This document shows positions 28,179 through 42,429 of a stretch of DNA of 64,000 bases, one piece after another. Under the pieces are notes generated by a model, which was not told the DNA's origin, searched no databases, and saw nothing but the letters and a program-made list of their open reading frames with translations. Numbering within the stretch: the first letter of the stretch is position 1; every line of letters starts with the position of its first letter. Location of the stretch: NCBI RefSeq assembly GCF_009914755.1, contig NC_060948.1, one strand, 5' to 3'. Source of the stretch: the human T2T-CHM13v2.0 reference genome, Homo sapiens. The translations under genes were made by a program, and so were the position numbers.

Positions 28179-31100
28179 GGCCTGGAATAAAGTGGAATGC
28201 TACGGTCTCGAATGGAATAAAAATGTATGGAATGGAATGCAATGAAACGGAATCGAATGTCATAGAATGTAATGGAATGCAAAAAAATGGAATCCAAAAT
28301 CATTGACTGGAAAGGCTGGGTGTCGAAAGGAATTGACTCCAATGGAATGGAATGGAATGGAATGGAAGTGAATAGAATCGAACTAAATCGAATGGAATGG
28401 AATTGATAGGAACGGAATGGAAAGGAATGCAATGATTTGGCACGGAATGGAATCGAATGGCATCGAATGGAATGGAATGGAATGCAATGGAATGGAACGT
28501 ATTAGAATGTAATGAACTTTAATGGAATGTACTCGAATGGAATCGAGTGGAATGGAATGTTCTGGAAGTGAATGGACTCCAATGGAATGGATTCAAAAGG
28601 AATGGAATCGTACGGAATGGAATCTAATGGAATGGAATTAAATGGAAATGAATCAAATTGAATAGCATGGAATTGAATTGAATGGAATCGAATGCAATGG
28701 AATCTAATGAAACGGAAAGGAAAGGAATGGAATGGAATGGAATGGGCTGGAATGGAAAGGAATCGAAACGAATGGAATGGAATCGAATTGACGAGACTGG
28801 AATGGAATGCACTGGAATGGAAGGGAGTGTAATGGAAGGTTCTCGAAAAAAATGGAATCGAATGGAATGGAATTGAATGGAACGGAATAGAGTCGAATGG
28901 AATTGAATAGAATGGAATGGACTAGAGTGAAATGGAATCGAACCACAAGGAATGGACAGAAATAGAATGGTCTCGAATTGAATGGAATCGTATGGAATGG
29001 CATCAAACGGAATGGAATGGACAGCCACGGAATGGAATGCACTCGAATGCAATGGAGTCGAAACTAATGGACTGGAATAGAATGGACTCGACTGGTACGG
29101 ACTCCAATGGAATGGAATCGAATGGAAGGGAATCGAACGGAATGGACTCGAAGGGAAAAGACTGCAATGGAAAGGTCTCGAATGGAATGGAAATTAATGG
29201 AATGGAATGGAATCGAATGAAATGGAGTCAAAAGGAATGGAATCGAATGGCAAGAAATCGAATGTAATGGAATCACAAGGAATTGATGTGAACGGAACGG
29301 AATGGAATGGAATCCAAAGGAATGGAATAGAATGGAATGGAATCGAATGGAAAGGACTCGAATGGAAATCACTCGAATAGAATGCAATTTAATAAAATAG
29401 GATCAAATGTAATGGAATGACATGGAAAGGAATCGAAACGAAAGGAATGGAGACAGATGGAATGGAATGGAACAGAGAGCAATGGTATAGAATGGAATGG
29501 AATCATCTGGAATGGAATTGAATGGAATGGAATAATATGAAATGGAATGGAATGGAATGGAATGGAATGCCCTTGAATTAAATGGACTGGAATGGAATGG
29601 ACTCGAACAGAGTGGAATGGAAAGTGTTGAGATAGAATGGAATGGACTCCTTTGGAATGGTGTAGTATGCTATGCAATCGACTGGCAGGGAATCAAAAGG
29701 AATGTAAAGGAATGGATTGGACAGGAATGAAATGGACTCGAATAGATTGGAAACGGAATGCAAAGGAATGGAATGGAATAGTATGGAATGGAATGGAAAG
29801 GAATGGAGTGGAATAGACTAGAGTGGAATGGAATGGACTGGAAAGCAATAGACTGGAATGGAACTTTCTTGAATGGACTGGAATCAAACGGAATGGAATG
29901 CAATGCAATCAAATGGCATGGAATAAAATAGAATGAAAGAGAATCAAATGGAATTGAATCGAATGGAATCGAATGGATTGGAAAGGAATAGAATGGAATG
30001 GAATGGAATTGACTCAAATGGAATGGACTAGAATGGAATGGATTCGAATGGAAGGCAAAGGAATGGAATCTATTGGAATGGACTGTAATGGAATGGAATG
30101 GAAGGGATTGGAATGGACTCGAATGGAATGGACTGCAATAGAAAGGATTCGAATGGAATGAAAAAGAATTGAATGGAATAGAACAGAATGGAATCAAATC
30201 GAATGAAATGGAATGGAATAGAAAGGAATGGAATGAAATGGAATGGAAAGGATTCGAATGGAATGAAATCGAATGGAATGGAATCGAACGGAATGGAATA
30301 AAATGGAAGAAAACTGGCAAGAAATGGAATCGAAATGAATGGAGAGTTATGGAACGGACTCAAAAGGAATTGAATGTAATAGAATGGAGTGGAGTGGACT
30401 CGAATATAATGGACTGGAATGGAATGAAATCACATGGAATGGGAACGAATGGAATGGAATGGAAAGGAATGGAATCGAATGGAAAGGAATCGAATGGAAG
30501 GGAATGAAATTGAATCAACAGGAATGGAAGGGAATAGAATAGACGGTAATGGAATGGACTCGAATAGAATGGACACGAATGCTGAAATGGAATGGACTCA
30601 AATGGAATGGAAACGAAAGGAATGTCATCGAATGGAATTGAATCGATTGGAATGAAATCGCATAGAATGGAGTGGAATCAAATGGAATTGAATCGAAAGG
30701 AAAGGAAGCGAATGGACTGAAATGAAATGGAATGGAATTGAATGGAAAGTAATGCAATGGAATAGAATGGAACGAAATTTCACAGAATGGAATCAAACTG
30801 AATGGAATCAAACCAATGGAATCAAATCAAATGGAATGGAAAGGAATTGAATGGAGTAGATTGGATTGGATGGGATTGGAATGAAATGTACTGGAAAGGA
30901 CTCGAATTTCATGAAACGGAATGGAATGAATTGGAACGGAACGGACTCGAATGGAATGGAATGTCATGGAATGGCATCAAATGGAATGGCATCAAATGGA
31001 ATGGAATCGAATGCAATGGAATGCTATGGAATGGAATGGAATGCATTTTAATGGAATGTCCTCTAATGGAATGGATTCGAGTGGAATGGAATCGAATATA

Positions 31101-31757
31101 ATGGAGTCGAATGAAATGGAATTGAAAGGATTGGGATCGAATACAATGGAATATACTGGAATGTAATGTAATGAACTCGAATGTAATTGACTGGAATGGA
31201 ATGTACATGAATGGAATGTAATCGAATGGAAAGTAATCCAATGGAATAGAATCTAATGCAATAAAATCGACTCAGATAGAGTAGAATGTAATGGGATGGA
31301 GTGCAGTGCAATGGAATGGAATGGAATGGAATGCAATGGAATGGAATGGAATGGAATGCAATGGAATGGAATGGAATGGAATGGAATGGAATGGGATGGA
31401 ATGGTATGGAATGGATAGTAATGGACTGGAGTGAAATGGACTGGAAAGGAATGGACTCAAATTGAAAGGGCTCGAAAGGAATGGAGTCAAATGGAATGAT
31501 CTGGAATGGAATGAACACGAAAGTAATGCAATCCAATAGAATGGAATCGAATGGCATGGAATATAATGAAATGGAATCGAAGAGAATGGAAACAAATGGA
31601 ATGGAATTGAATGGAATGGAATTGAATGGAATGGGAACGAATGGAGTGAAATTGTATGCAGTAGAAGGGAATAGAATGGAATGCAAGCGAAAGGAAAGGA
31701 ATGGATTGGAATGGAATGGAATTCATTGGAATGGAAGGGAATGTAGTGTAATGGACA
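28179..31757. repeat. DYZ1 unit 9 (3579 bp)
   Basis: 3564 + 15 (variable tract). Confidence 0.92.
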
Positions 31758-34700
31758 GGCCTGGAATAAAGTGGAATGCTACGGTCTCGAGTGGAATAAA
31801 AATGTATGGAATGGAATGCAATGAAACGGAATCGAATGTCATAGAATGTAATGGAATGCAAAAAAATGGAATCCAAAATCATTGACTGGAAAGGCTGGGT
31901 GTCGAAAGGAATTGACTCCAATGGAATGGAATCGAATGGAATGGAAGTGAATAGAATCGAACTAAATCGAATGGAATGGAATTGATAGGAACGGAATGGA
32001 AAGGAATGCAATGATTTGGCACGGAATGGAATCGAATGGCATCGAATGGAATGGAATGGAATGCAATGGAATGGAACGTATTAGAATGTAATGAACTTTA
32101 ATGGAATGTACTCGAATGGAATCGACTGGAATGGAATGTTCTGGAAGTGAATGGACTCCAATGGAATGGATACAAAAGGAATGGAATCGTACGGAATGGA
32201 ATCTAATGGAATGGAATTAAATGGAAATGAATCAAATTGAATAGCATGGAATTGAATTGAATGGAATCAAATGCAATGGAATCTAATGAAACGGAAAGGA
32301 AAGGAATGGAATGGAATGGAATGGGCTGGAATGGAAAGGAATCGAAACGAATGGAATGGAATCGAATTGACGAGACTGGAATGGAATGCACTGGAATGGA
32401 AGGGAGTGTAATGGAAGGTTCTCGAAAAAAATGGAATCGAATGGAATGGAATTGAATGGAACGGAATAGAGTCGAATGGAATTGAATAGAATGGAATGGA
32501 CTAGAGTGAAATGGAATCGAACCACAAGGAATGGACAGGAATAGAATGGTCTCGAATTGAATGGAATCGTATGGAATGGCATCAAACGGAATGGAATGGA
32601 CAGCCACGGAATGGAATGCACTCGAATGCAATGGAGTCGAAACTAATGGACTGGAATAGAATGGACTCGACTGGTACGGACTCCAATGGAATGGAATCGA
32701 ATGGAAGGGAATCGAACGGAATGGACTCGAAGGGAAAAGACTGCAATGGAAAGGTCTCGAATGGAATGGAAATTAATGGAATGGAATGGAATCGAATGAA
32801 ATGGAGTCAAAAGGAATGGAATCGAATGGCAAGAAATCGAATGTAATGGAATCGCAAGGAATTGATGTGAACGGAACGGAATGGAATGGAATCCAAAGGA
32901 ATGGAATAGAATGGAATGGAATCGAATGGAAAGGACTCGAATGGAAATCACTCGAATAGAATGCAATTTAATAAAATAGGATCAAATGTAATGGAATGGA
33001 ATGGAAAGGAATCGAAACGAAAGGAATGGAGACAGATGGAATGGAATGGAACAGAGAGCAATGGTATAGAATGGAATGGAATCATCTGGAATGGAATTGA
33101 ATGGAATGGAATAATATGAAATGGAATGGAATGGAATGGAATGGAATGCCCTTGAATTAAATGGACTGGAATGGAATGGACTCGAACAGAGTGGAATGGA
33201 AAGTGTTGAGATAGAATAGAATGGACTCGTTTGGAATGGTCTAGTATGCAATGCAATCGACTGGCAGGGAATCAAAAGGAATGTAATGGAATGGATTGGA
33301 CAGGAATGAAATGGACTCGAATAGATTGGAAACGGAATGCAAAGGAATGGAATGGAATAGTATGGAATGGAATGGAAAGGAATGGAGTGGAATAGACTAG
33401 ACTGGAATGGAATGGACTGGAAAGCAATGGACTGGAATGGAACTTTCTTGAATGGACTGGAATCAAACGGAATGGAATGCAATGCAATCAAATGGCATGG
33501 AATAAAATAGAATGAAAGAGAATCAAATGGAATTGAATCGAATGGAATCGAATGGATTGGAAAGGAATAGAATGGAATGGAATGGAATTGACTCAAATGG
33601 AATGGACTAGAATGGAATGGATTCGAATGGAAGGCAAAGGAATGGAATCTATTGGAATGGACTGTAATGGAATGGAATGGAAGGGATTGGAATGGACTCG
33701 AATGGAATGGACTGCAATAGAAAGGATTCGAATGGAATGAAAAAGAATTGAATGGAATAGAACAGAATGGAATCAAATCGAATGAAATGGAATGGAATAG
33801 AAAGGAATGGAATGAAATGGAATGGAAAGGATTCGAATGGAATGCAATCGAATGGAATGGAATCGAACGGAATGGAATAAAATGGAAGAAAACTGGCAAG
33901 AAATGGAATCGAAATGAATGGAGTGTTATGGAACGGACTCAAAAGGAATTGAATGTAATAGAATGGAGTGGAGTGGACTCGAATATAATGGACTGGAATG
34001 GAATGAAATCACATGGAATGGGAACGAATGGAATGGAATGGAAAGGAATGGAATCGAATGGAAAGGAATCGAATGGAAGGGAATGAAATTGAATCAACAG
34101 GAATGGAAGGGAATAGAATAGACTGTAATGGAATGGACTCGAATAGAATGGACACGAATGCTGAAATTGAATGGACTCGAATGCAATGGAAACGAAAGGA
34201 ATGTCATCGAATGGAATTGAATCGATTGGAATGAAATCGCATAGAATGGAGTGGAATCAAATGGAATTGAATCGAAAGGAAAGGAAGCGAATGGACTGAA
34301 ATGAAATGGAATGGAATTGAATGGAAAGTAATGCAATGGAATAGAATGGAACGAAATTTCACAGAATGGAATCAAACTGAATGGAATCAAACCAAAGGAA
34401 TCAAATCAAATGGAATGGAAAGGAATTGAATGGAGTAGATTGGATTGGATGGGATTGGAATGAAATGTACTGGAAAGGACTCGAATTTCATGAAACGGAA
34501 TGGAATGAATTGGAACGGAACGGACTCGAATGGAATGGAATGTCATGGAATGGCATCAAATGGAATGGCATCAAATGGAATGGAATCGAATGCAATGGAA
34601 TGCTATGGAATGGAATGGAATGCATTTTAATGGAATGTCCTCTAATGGAATGGATTCGAGTGGAATGGAATCGAATATAATGGAGTCGAATGAAATGGAA

Positions 34701-35301
34701 TTGAAAGGAATGGGATCGAATACAATGGAATATACTGGAATGTAATGTAATGAACTCGAATGTAATTGACTGGAATGGAATGTACATGAATGGAATGTAA
34801 TCGAATGGAAAGTAATCCAATGGAATAGAATCTAATGCAATAAAATCGACTCAGATAGAGTTGAATGTAATGGAATGGAGTGCAGTGCAATGGAATGGAA
34901 TGGAATGGAATGCAATGGAATGGAATGGAATGGAATGGAATGGAATGGTGTGGAATGGATAGTAATGGACTGGAGTGAAATGGACTGGAAAGGAATGGAC
35001 TCAAATTGAATGGGCTCGAAAGGAATGGAGTCAAATGGAATGGTCTGGAATGGAATGAACACGAATGTAATGCAATCCAATAGAATGGAATCGAATGGCA
35101 TGGAATATAAAGAAATGGAATCGAAGAGAATGGAAACAAATGGAATGGAATTGAGTGGAATGGAATTGAATGGAATGGGAACGAATGGAGTGAAATTGTA
35201 TGCAGTAGAAGAGAATAGAATGGAATGCAAGCGAAAGGAAAGGAATGGATTGGAATGGAATGGAATTCATTGGAATGGAAGGGAATGTAGTGTAATGGAC
35301 A
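31758..35301. repeat. DYZ1 unit 10 (3544 bp)
   Basis: 3564 - 20 (variable tract). Confidence 0.92.
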
Positions 35302-38300
35302 GGCCTGGAATAAAGTGGAATGCTACGGTCTCGAATGGAATAAAAATGTATGGAATGGAATGCAATGAAATGGAATCGAATGTCATAGAATGTAATGGAA
35401 TGCAAAAAAATGGACTCCAAAATCATTGACTGGAAAGGCTGGGTGTCGAAAGGAATTGACTCCAATGGAATGGAATCGAATGGAATGGAAGTGAATAGAA
35501 TCGAACTAAATCGAATGGAATGGAATTGATAGGAACGGAATGGAAAGGAATGCAATGATTTGGCATGGAATGGAATCGAATGGCATCGAATGGAATGGAA
35601 TGGAATGCAATGGAATGGAATGTATTAGAATGGAATGAACTTTAATGGAATGTACTCGAATGGATTCGACTGGAATGGAATGTTCTGGAAGTGAATGGAC
35701 TCCAATGGAATGGATTCAAAAGGAATGGAATCGTACGGAATGGAATCTAATGGAATGGAATTAAATGGAAATGAATCAAATTGAATAGCACGGAATTGAA
35801 CTGAATGGAATGGAATGCAATGGAATCTAATGAAACGGAAAGGAAAGGAATGGAATGGAATGGAATGGGCTGGAATGGAAAGGAATCGAAACGAATGGAA
35901 TGGAATCGAACTGAAGAGACTGGAATGGAATGCACTGGAATGGAAGGGAGTGTAATGGAAGGTTCTCGAAAAAAATGGAATGGAATGGAATGGAATTGAA
36001 TGGAACGGAATAGAGTCGAATGGAATTGAATGCAATGGAATGGACTAGAGTGAAATGGAATCGAACAACAAGGAATGGACAGGAATAGAATGGTCTCGAA
36101 TTGAATGGAATCGTATGGAATGGCATCAAACGGAATGGAATGGACAGCCACGGAATGGAATGCACTCGAATGCAATGGAGTCGAAACTAATGGACTGGAA
36201 TAGAATGGACTCGACTGGTATGGACTCCAATGGAATGGAATCGAATGGAAGGGAATCGAACGGAATGGACTCGAAGGGACAAGACTGCAATGGAAAGGTC
36301 TCGAATGGAATGGAAATTAATGGAATGGAATGGAATCGAATGAAATGGAGTCAAAAGGAATGGAATCGAATGGCAAGAAATCGAATGTAATGGAATCGCA
36401 AGGAATTGATGTGAACGGAACGGAATGGAATGGAATCCAAAGGAATGGAATAGAATGGAATGGAATCGAATGGAAAGGACTCGAATGGAAATCACTCGAA
36501 TAGAATGCAATTTAATAAAATAGGATCAAATGTAATGGAATGGAATGGAAAGGAATCGAAACGAAAGGAATGGAGACAGATGGAATGGAATGGAACAGAG
36601 AGCAATGGTATAGAATGGAATGGAATCATCTGGAATGGAATTGAATGGAATGGAATAATATGAAATGGAATGGAATGGAATGGAATGGAATGCCGTTGAA
36701 TTAAATGGACTGGAATGGAATGGACTCGAACAGAGTGGAATGGAAAGTGTTGAGATAGAATGGAATGGACTCCTTTGGAATGGTCTAGTATGCAATGCAA
36801 TCGACTGGTAGGGAATCAAAAGGAATGTAATCGAATGGATTGGACTGGAATGCAATGGACTCGAATAGATTGGAAACGGAATGCAAAGGAATGGAATGGA
36901 ATAGTATGGAATGGAATGGAAAGGAATGGAGTGGAATAGACTAGAGTGGAATGGAATGGACTGGAAAGCAATGGACTGGAATGGAACTTTCTTGAATGGA
37001 CTGGAATCAAACGGAATGGAATGCAATGCAATCAAATGGCGTGGAATAAAATAGAATGAAAGAGAATCAAATGGAATTGAATCGAATGGAATCGAATGGA
37101 TTGGAAAGGAATAGAATGGAATGGAATAGAATTGACTCAAATGGAATGGACTAGAATGGAATGGATTCGAATGGAAGGCAAAGGAATGGAATCTATTGGA
37201 ATGGACTGTAATGGAATGGAATGGAAGGGATTGGAATGGACTCGAATGGAATGGACTGCAATAGAAAGGATTCGAATGGAATGAAAAAGAATTGAATGGA
37301 ATAGAACAGAATGGAATCAAATCGAATGAAATGGAATGGAATAGAAAGGAATGGAATGAAATGGAATGGAAAGGATTCGAATGGAATGCAATCGAATGGA
37401 ATGGAATCGAACGGAATGGAATAAAATGGAAGAAAACTGGCAAGAAATGGAATCGAAATGAATGGAGTGTTATGGAACGGACTCAAAAGGAATTGAATGT
37501 AATAGAATGGAGTGGAGTGGACTCGAATATAATGGACTGGAATGGAATGAAATCACATGGAATGGGAACGAATGGAATGGAATGGAAAGGAATGGAATCG
37601 AATGGAAAGGAATCGAATGGAAGGGAATGAAATTGAATCAACAGGAATGGAAGGGAATTGAATAGACGGTAATGGAATGGAATCGAATAGAATGGACACG
37701 AATGCTCAAATTGAATGGACTCGAATGGAATGGAAACGAAAGGAATGTCATCGAATGGAATTGAATCGATTGGAATGAAATCGCATAGAATGGAGTGGAA
37801 TCAAATGGAATTGAATCGAAAGGAAAGGAAGCGAATGGACTGAAATGAAATGGAATGGAATTGAATGGAAAGTAATGCAATGGAATAGAATGGAAGGAAA
37901 TTTCACGGAATGGAATCAAACTGAATGGAATCAAATCAATGGAATCTAATCAAATGGAATGGAAAGGAATTGAATGGAGTAGATTGGATTGGATGGGATT
38001 GGAATGAAATGTACTGGAAAGGACTCGAATTTCATGAAACGGAATGGAATGAATTGGAACGGAATGGACTCGAATGGAATGGAATGTCATGGAATGGCAT
38101 CAAATGGAATGGCATCAAATGGAATGGAATCGAATGCAATGGAATGCTATGGAATGGAATGGAATGCATTGGAATGGAATGTCCTCTAATGGAATGGATT
38201 CGAGTGGAATGGAATCGAATATAATGGAGTCGAATGAAATGGAATTGAAAGGAATGGGATCGAATAGAATGGAATATACTGAAATGTAATGTAATGAACT

Positions 38301-38880
38301 CGAATGTAATTGACTGGAATGGAATGTACATGAATGGAATGTAATCGAATGGAAAGTAATCCAATGGAATAGAATCTAATGCAATAAAACCGACTCAGAT
38401 AGAGTAGAATGTAATGGAATGGAGTGCAGTGCAATGGAATGGAATGGAATTGAATGCAATGGAATGGAATGGAATGGAATGGAATGGAATGGAATGGAAT
38501 GGAATGGAATGGAATGGGATGGAATGGTATGGAATGGATAGTAATGGACTGGAGTGAAATGGACTGGAAAGGAATTGACTCAAATTGAAATTGCTCGAAA
38601 GGAATGGAGTCAAATGGAATGGTCTGGAATGGAATGAACACGAATGTAATGCAATGCAATAGAATGGAAACGAATGGCATGGAATATAAAGAAATGGAAT
38701 CGAAGAGAATGGAAACAAATGGAATGGAATTGAATGGAATGGAATTGAATGGAATGGGAACGAATGGAGTGAAATTGTATGCAGTAGAAGGGAATAGAAT
38801 GGAATGCAAGCGAAAGGAAAGGAATGGATTGGAATGGAATGGAATTCATTGGAATGGAAGGGAATGTAGTGTAATGGACA
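35302..38880. repeat. DYZ1 unit 11 (3579 bp)
   Basis: 3564 + 15 (variable tract). Confidence 0.92.
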
Positions 38881-41800
38881 GGCCTGGAATAAAGTGGAAT
38901 GCTACGGTCTCGAATGGAATAAAAATGTATGGAATGGAATGCAATGAAACGGAATCGAATGTCATAGAATGTAATGGAATGCATAAAAATGGAATCCAAA
39001 ATCATTGACTGGAAAGGCTGGGTGTCGAAAGGAATTGACTCCAATGGAATGGAATCGAATGGAATGGAAGTGAATAGAATCGAACTAAATCGAATGGAAT
39101 GGAATTGATAGGAACGGAATGGAAAGGAATGCAATGATTTGGCATGGAATGGAATCGAATGGCATCGAATGGAATGGAATGGAATGCAATGGAATGGAAT
39201 GTATTAGAATGTAATGAACTTTAATGGAATGTACTCGAATGGATTCGACTGGAATGGAATGTTCTGGAAGTGAATGGACTCCAATGGAATGGATTCAAAA
39301 GGAATGGAATCGTACGGAATGGAATCTAATGGAATGGAATTAAATGGAAATGAATCAAATTGAATAGCACGGAATTGAATTGAATGGAATCGAATGCAAT
39401 GGAATCTAATGAAACGGAAAGGAAAGGAATGGAATGGAATGGAATGGGCTGGAATGGAAAGGAATCGAAACGAATGGAATGGAATCGAACTGAAGAGACT
39501 GGAATGGAATGCACTGGAATGGAAGGGAGTGTAATGGAAGGTTCTCGAAAAAAATGGAATCGAATGGAATGGAATTGAATGGAACGGAATAGAGTCGAAT
39601 GGAATTGAATGGAATGGAATGGACTAGAGTGAAATGGAATCGAACCACAAGGAATGGACAGGAATAGAATGGTCTCGAATTGAATGGAATCGTATGGAAT
39701 GGCATCAAACGGAATGGAATGGACAGCCACGGAATGGAATGCACTCGAATGCAATGGAGTCGAAACTAATGGACTGGAATAGAATGGACTCGACTGGTAC
39801 GGACTCCAATGGAAGGGAATCGAATGGAAGGGAATCGAACGGAATGGACTCGAAGGGAAAAGACTGCAATGGAAAGGTCTCGAATGGAATGGAAATTAAT
39901 GGAATGGAATGGAATCGAATGAAATGGAGTCAAAAGGAATGGAATCGAATGGCAAGAAATCGAATGTAATGGAATCGCAAGGAATTGATGTGAACGGAAC
40001 GGAATGGAATGGAATCCAAAGGAATGGAATAGAATGGAATGGAATCGAATGGAAAGGACTCGAATGGAAATCACTCGAATAGAATGCAATTTAATAAAAT
40101 AGGATCAAATGTAATGGAATGGAATGGAAAGGAATCGAAACGAAAGGAATGGAGACAGATGGAATGGAATAGAACAGAGAGCAATGGTATAGAATGGAAA
40201 GGAATCATCTGGAATGGAATTGAATGGAATGGAATAATATGAAATGGAATGGAATGGAATGGAATGGAATGGAATGCCCTTGAATTAAATGGACTGGAAT
40301 GGAATGGACTCGAACAGAGTGGAATGGAAAGTGTTGAGATAGAATGGAATGGACTCGTTTGGAATGGTCTAGTATGCAATGCAATCGACTGGCAGGGAAT
40401 CAAAAGGAATGTAATCGAATGGATTGGACTGGAATGCAATGGACTCGAATAGATTGCAAACGGAATGCAAAGGAATGGAATGGAATAGTATGGAATGGAA
40501 TGGAAAGGAATGGAGTGGAATAGACTAGACTGGAATGGAATGGACTGGAAAGCAATGGACTGGAATGGAACTTTCTTGAATGGACTGGAATCAAACGGAA
40601 TGGAATGCAATGCAATCAAATGGCATGGAATAAAATAGAATGAAAGAGAATCAAATGGAATTGAATCGAATGGAATCGAATGGATTGGAAAGGAATAGAA
40701 TGGAATGGAATGGAATGGACTAGAATGGAATGGATTCGAATAGAAGGCAAAGGAATGGAATCTATTGGAATGGACTGTAATGGAATGGAATGGAAGGGAT
40801 TGGAATGGACTCGAATGGAATGGACTGCAATAGAAAGGATTCGAATGGAATGAAAAAGAATTGAATGGAATAGAACAGAATGGAATCAAATCGAATGAAA
40901 TGGAATGGAATAGAAAGGAATGGAATGAAATGGAATGGAAAGGATTCGAATGGAATGCAATCGAATGGAATGGAATCGAACGGAATGGAATAAAATGGAA
41001 GAAAACTGGCAAGAAATGGAATCGAAATGAATGGAGTGTTATGGAACGGACTCAAAAGGAATTGAATGTAATAGAATGGAGTGGAGTGGACTCGAATATA
41101 ATGGACTGGAATGGAATGAAATCACATGGAATGGGAACGAATGGAATGGAATGGAAAGGAATGGAATCGAATGGAAAGGAATCGAATGGAAGGGAATGAA
41201 ATTGAATCAACAGGAATGGAAGGGAATAGAATAGACGGTAATGGAATGGAATCGAATAGAATGGACACGAATGCTCAAATGGAATGGACTCGAATGGAAT
41301 GGAAACGAAAGGAATGTCATTGAATGGAATTGAATCGATTGGAATGAAATCGCATAGAATGGAGTGGAATCAAATGGAATTGAATCGAAAGGAAAGGAAG
41401 CGAATGGACTGAAATGAAATGGAATGGAATTGAATGGAAAGTAATGCAATGGAATAGAATGGAACGAAATTTCACGGAATGGAATCAAACTGAATGGAAT
41501 CAAATCAATGGAATCCAATCAAATGGAATGGAGTAGATTGGATTGGATGGGATTGGAATGAAATGTACTGGAAAGGGCTCGAATTTCATGAAACGGAATG
41601 GAATGAATTGGAACGGAATGGACTCGAATGGAATGGAATGTCATAGAATGGCATCAAATGGAATGGCATCAAATGGAATGGAATCGAATGCAATGGAATG
41701 CTATGGAATGGAATGGAATGCATTGGAATGGAATGTCCTCTAATGGAATGGATTCGAGTGGAATGGAATCGAATATAATGGAGTCGAATGAAATGGAATT

Positions 41801-42429
41801 GAAAGGAATGGGATCGAATACAATGGAATATACTGGAATGTAATGTAATGAACTCGAATGTAATTGACTGGAATGGAATGTACATGAATGGAATGTAATC
41901 GAATGGAAAGTAATCCAATGGAATAGAATCTAATGCAATAAAATCGACTCAGATAGAGTAGAATGTAATGGAATGGAGTGCAGTGCAATGGAATGGAATG
42001 GAATGGAATGCAATGGAATGGAATGGAATGGAATGGAATGGAATGGAATGGAATGGAATGGAATGGGATGGAATGGTATGGAATGGATGGTAATGGACTG
42101 GAGTGAAATGGACTGGAATGGAATGGACTCAAATTGAAAGGGCTGGAAAGGAATGGAGTCAAATGGAATGGTCTGGAATGGAATGAACACGAAAGTAATG
42201 CAATCCAATAGAATGGAATCGAATGGCATGGAATATAATGAAATGGAATCGAAGAGAATGGAAACAAATGGAATGGAATTGAATGGAATGGAATTGAATG
42301 GAATGGGAACGAATGGAGTGAAATTGTATGCAGTAGAAGGGAATAGAATGGAATGCAAGCGAAAGGAAAGGAATGGATTGGAAAGGAATGGAATTCATTG
42401 GAATGGAAGGGAATGTAGTGTAATGGACA
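38881..42429. repeat. DYZ1 unit 12 (3549 bp)
   Basis: 3564 + 5 (~40260) - 15 (~40715) - 15 (~41530) + 10 (variable tract). Confidence 0.92.
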
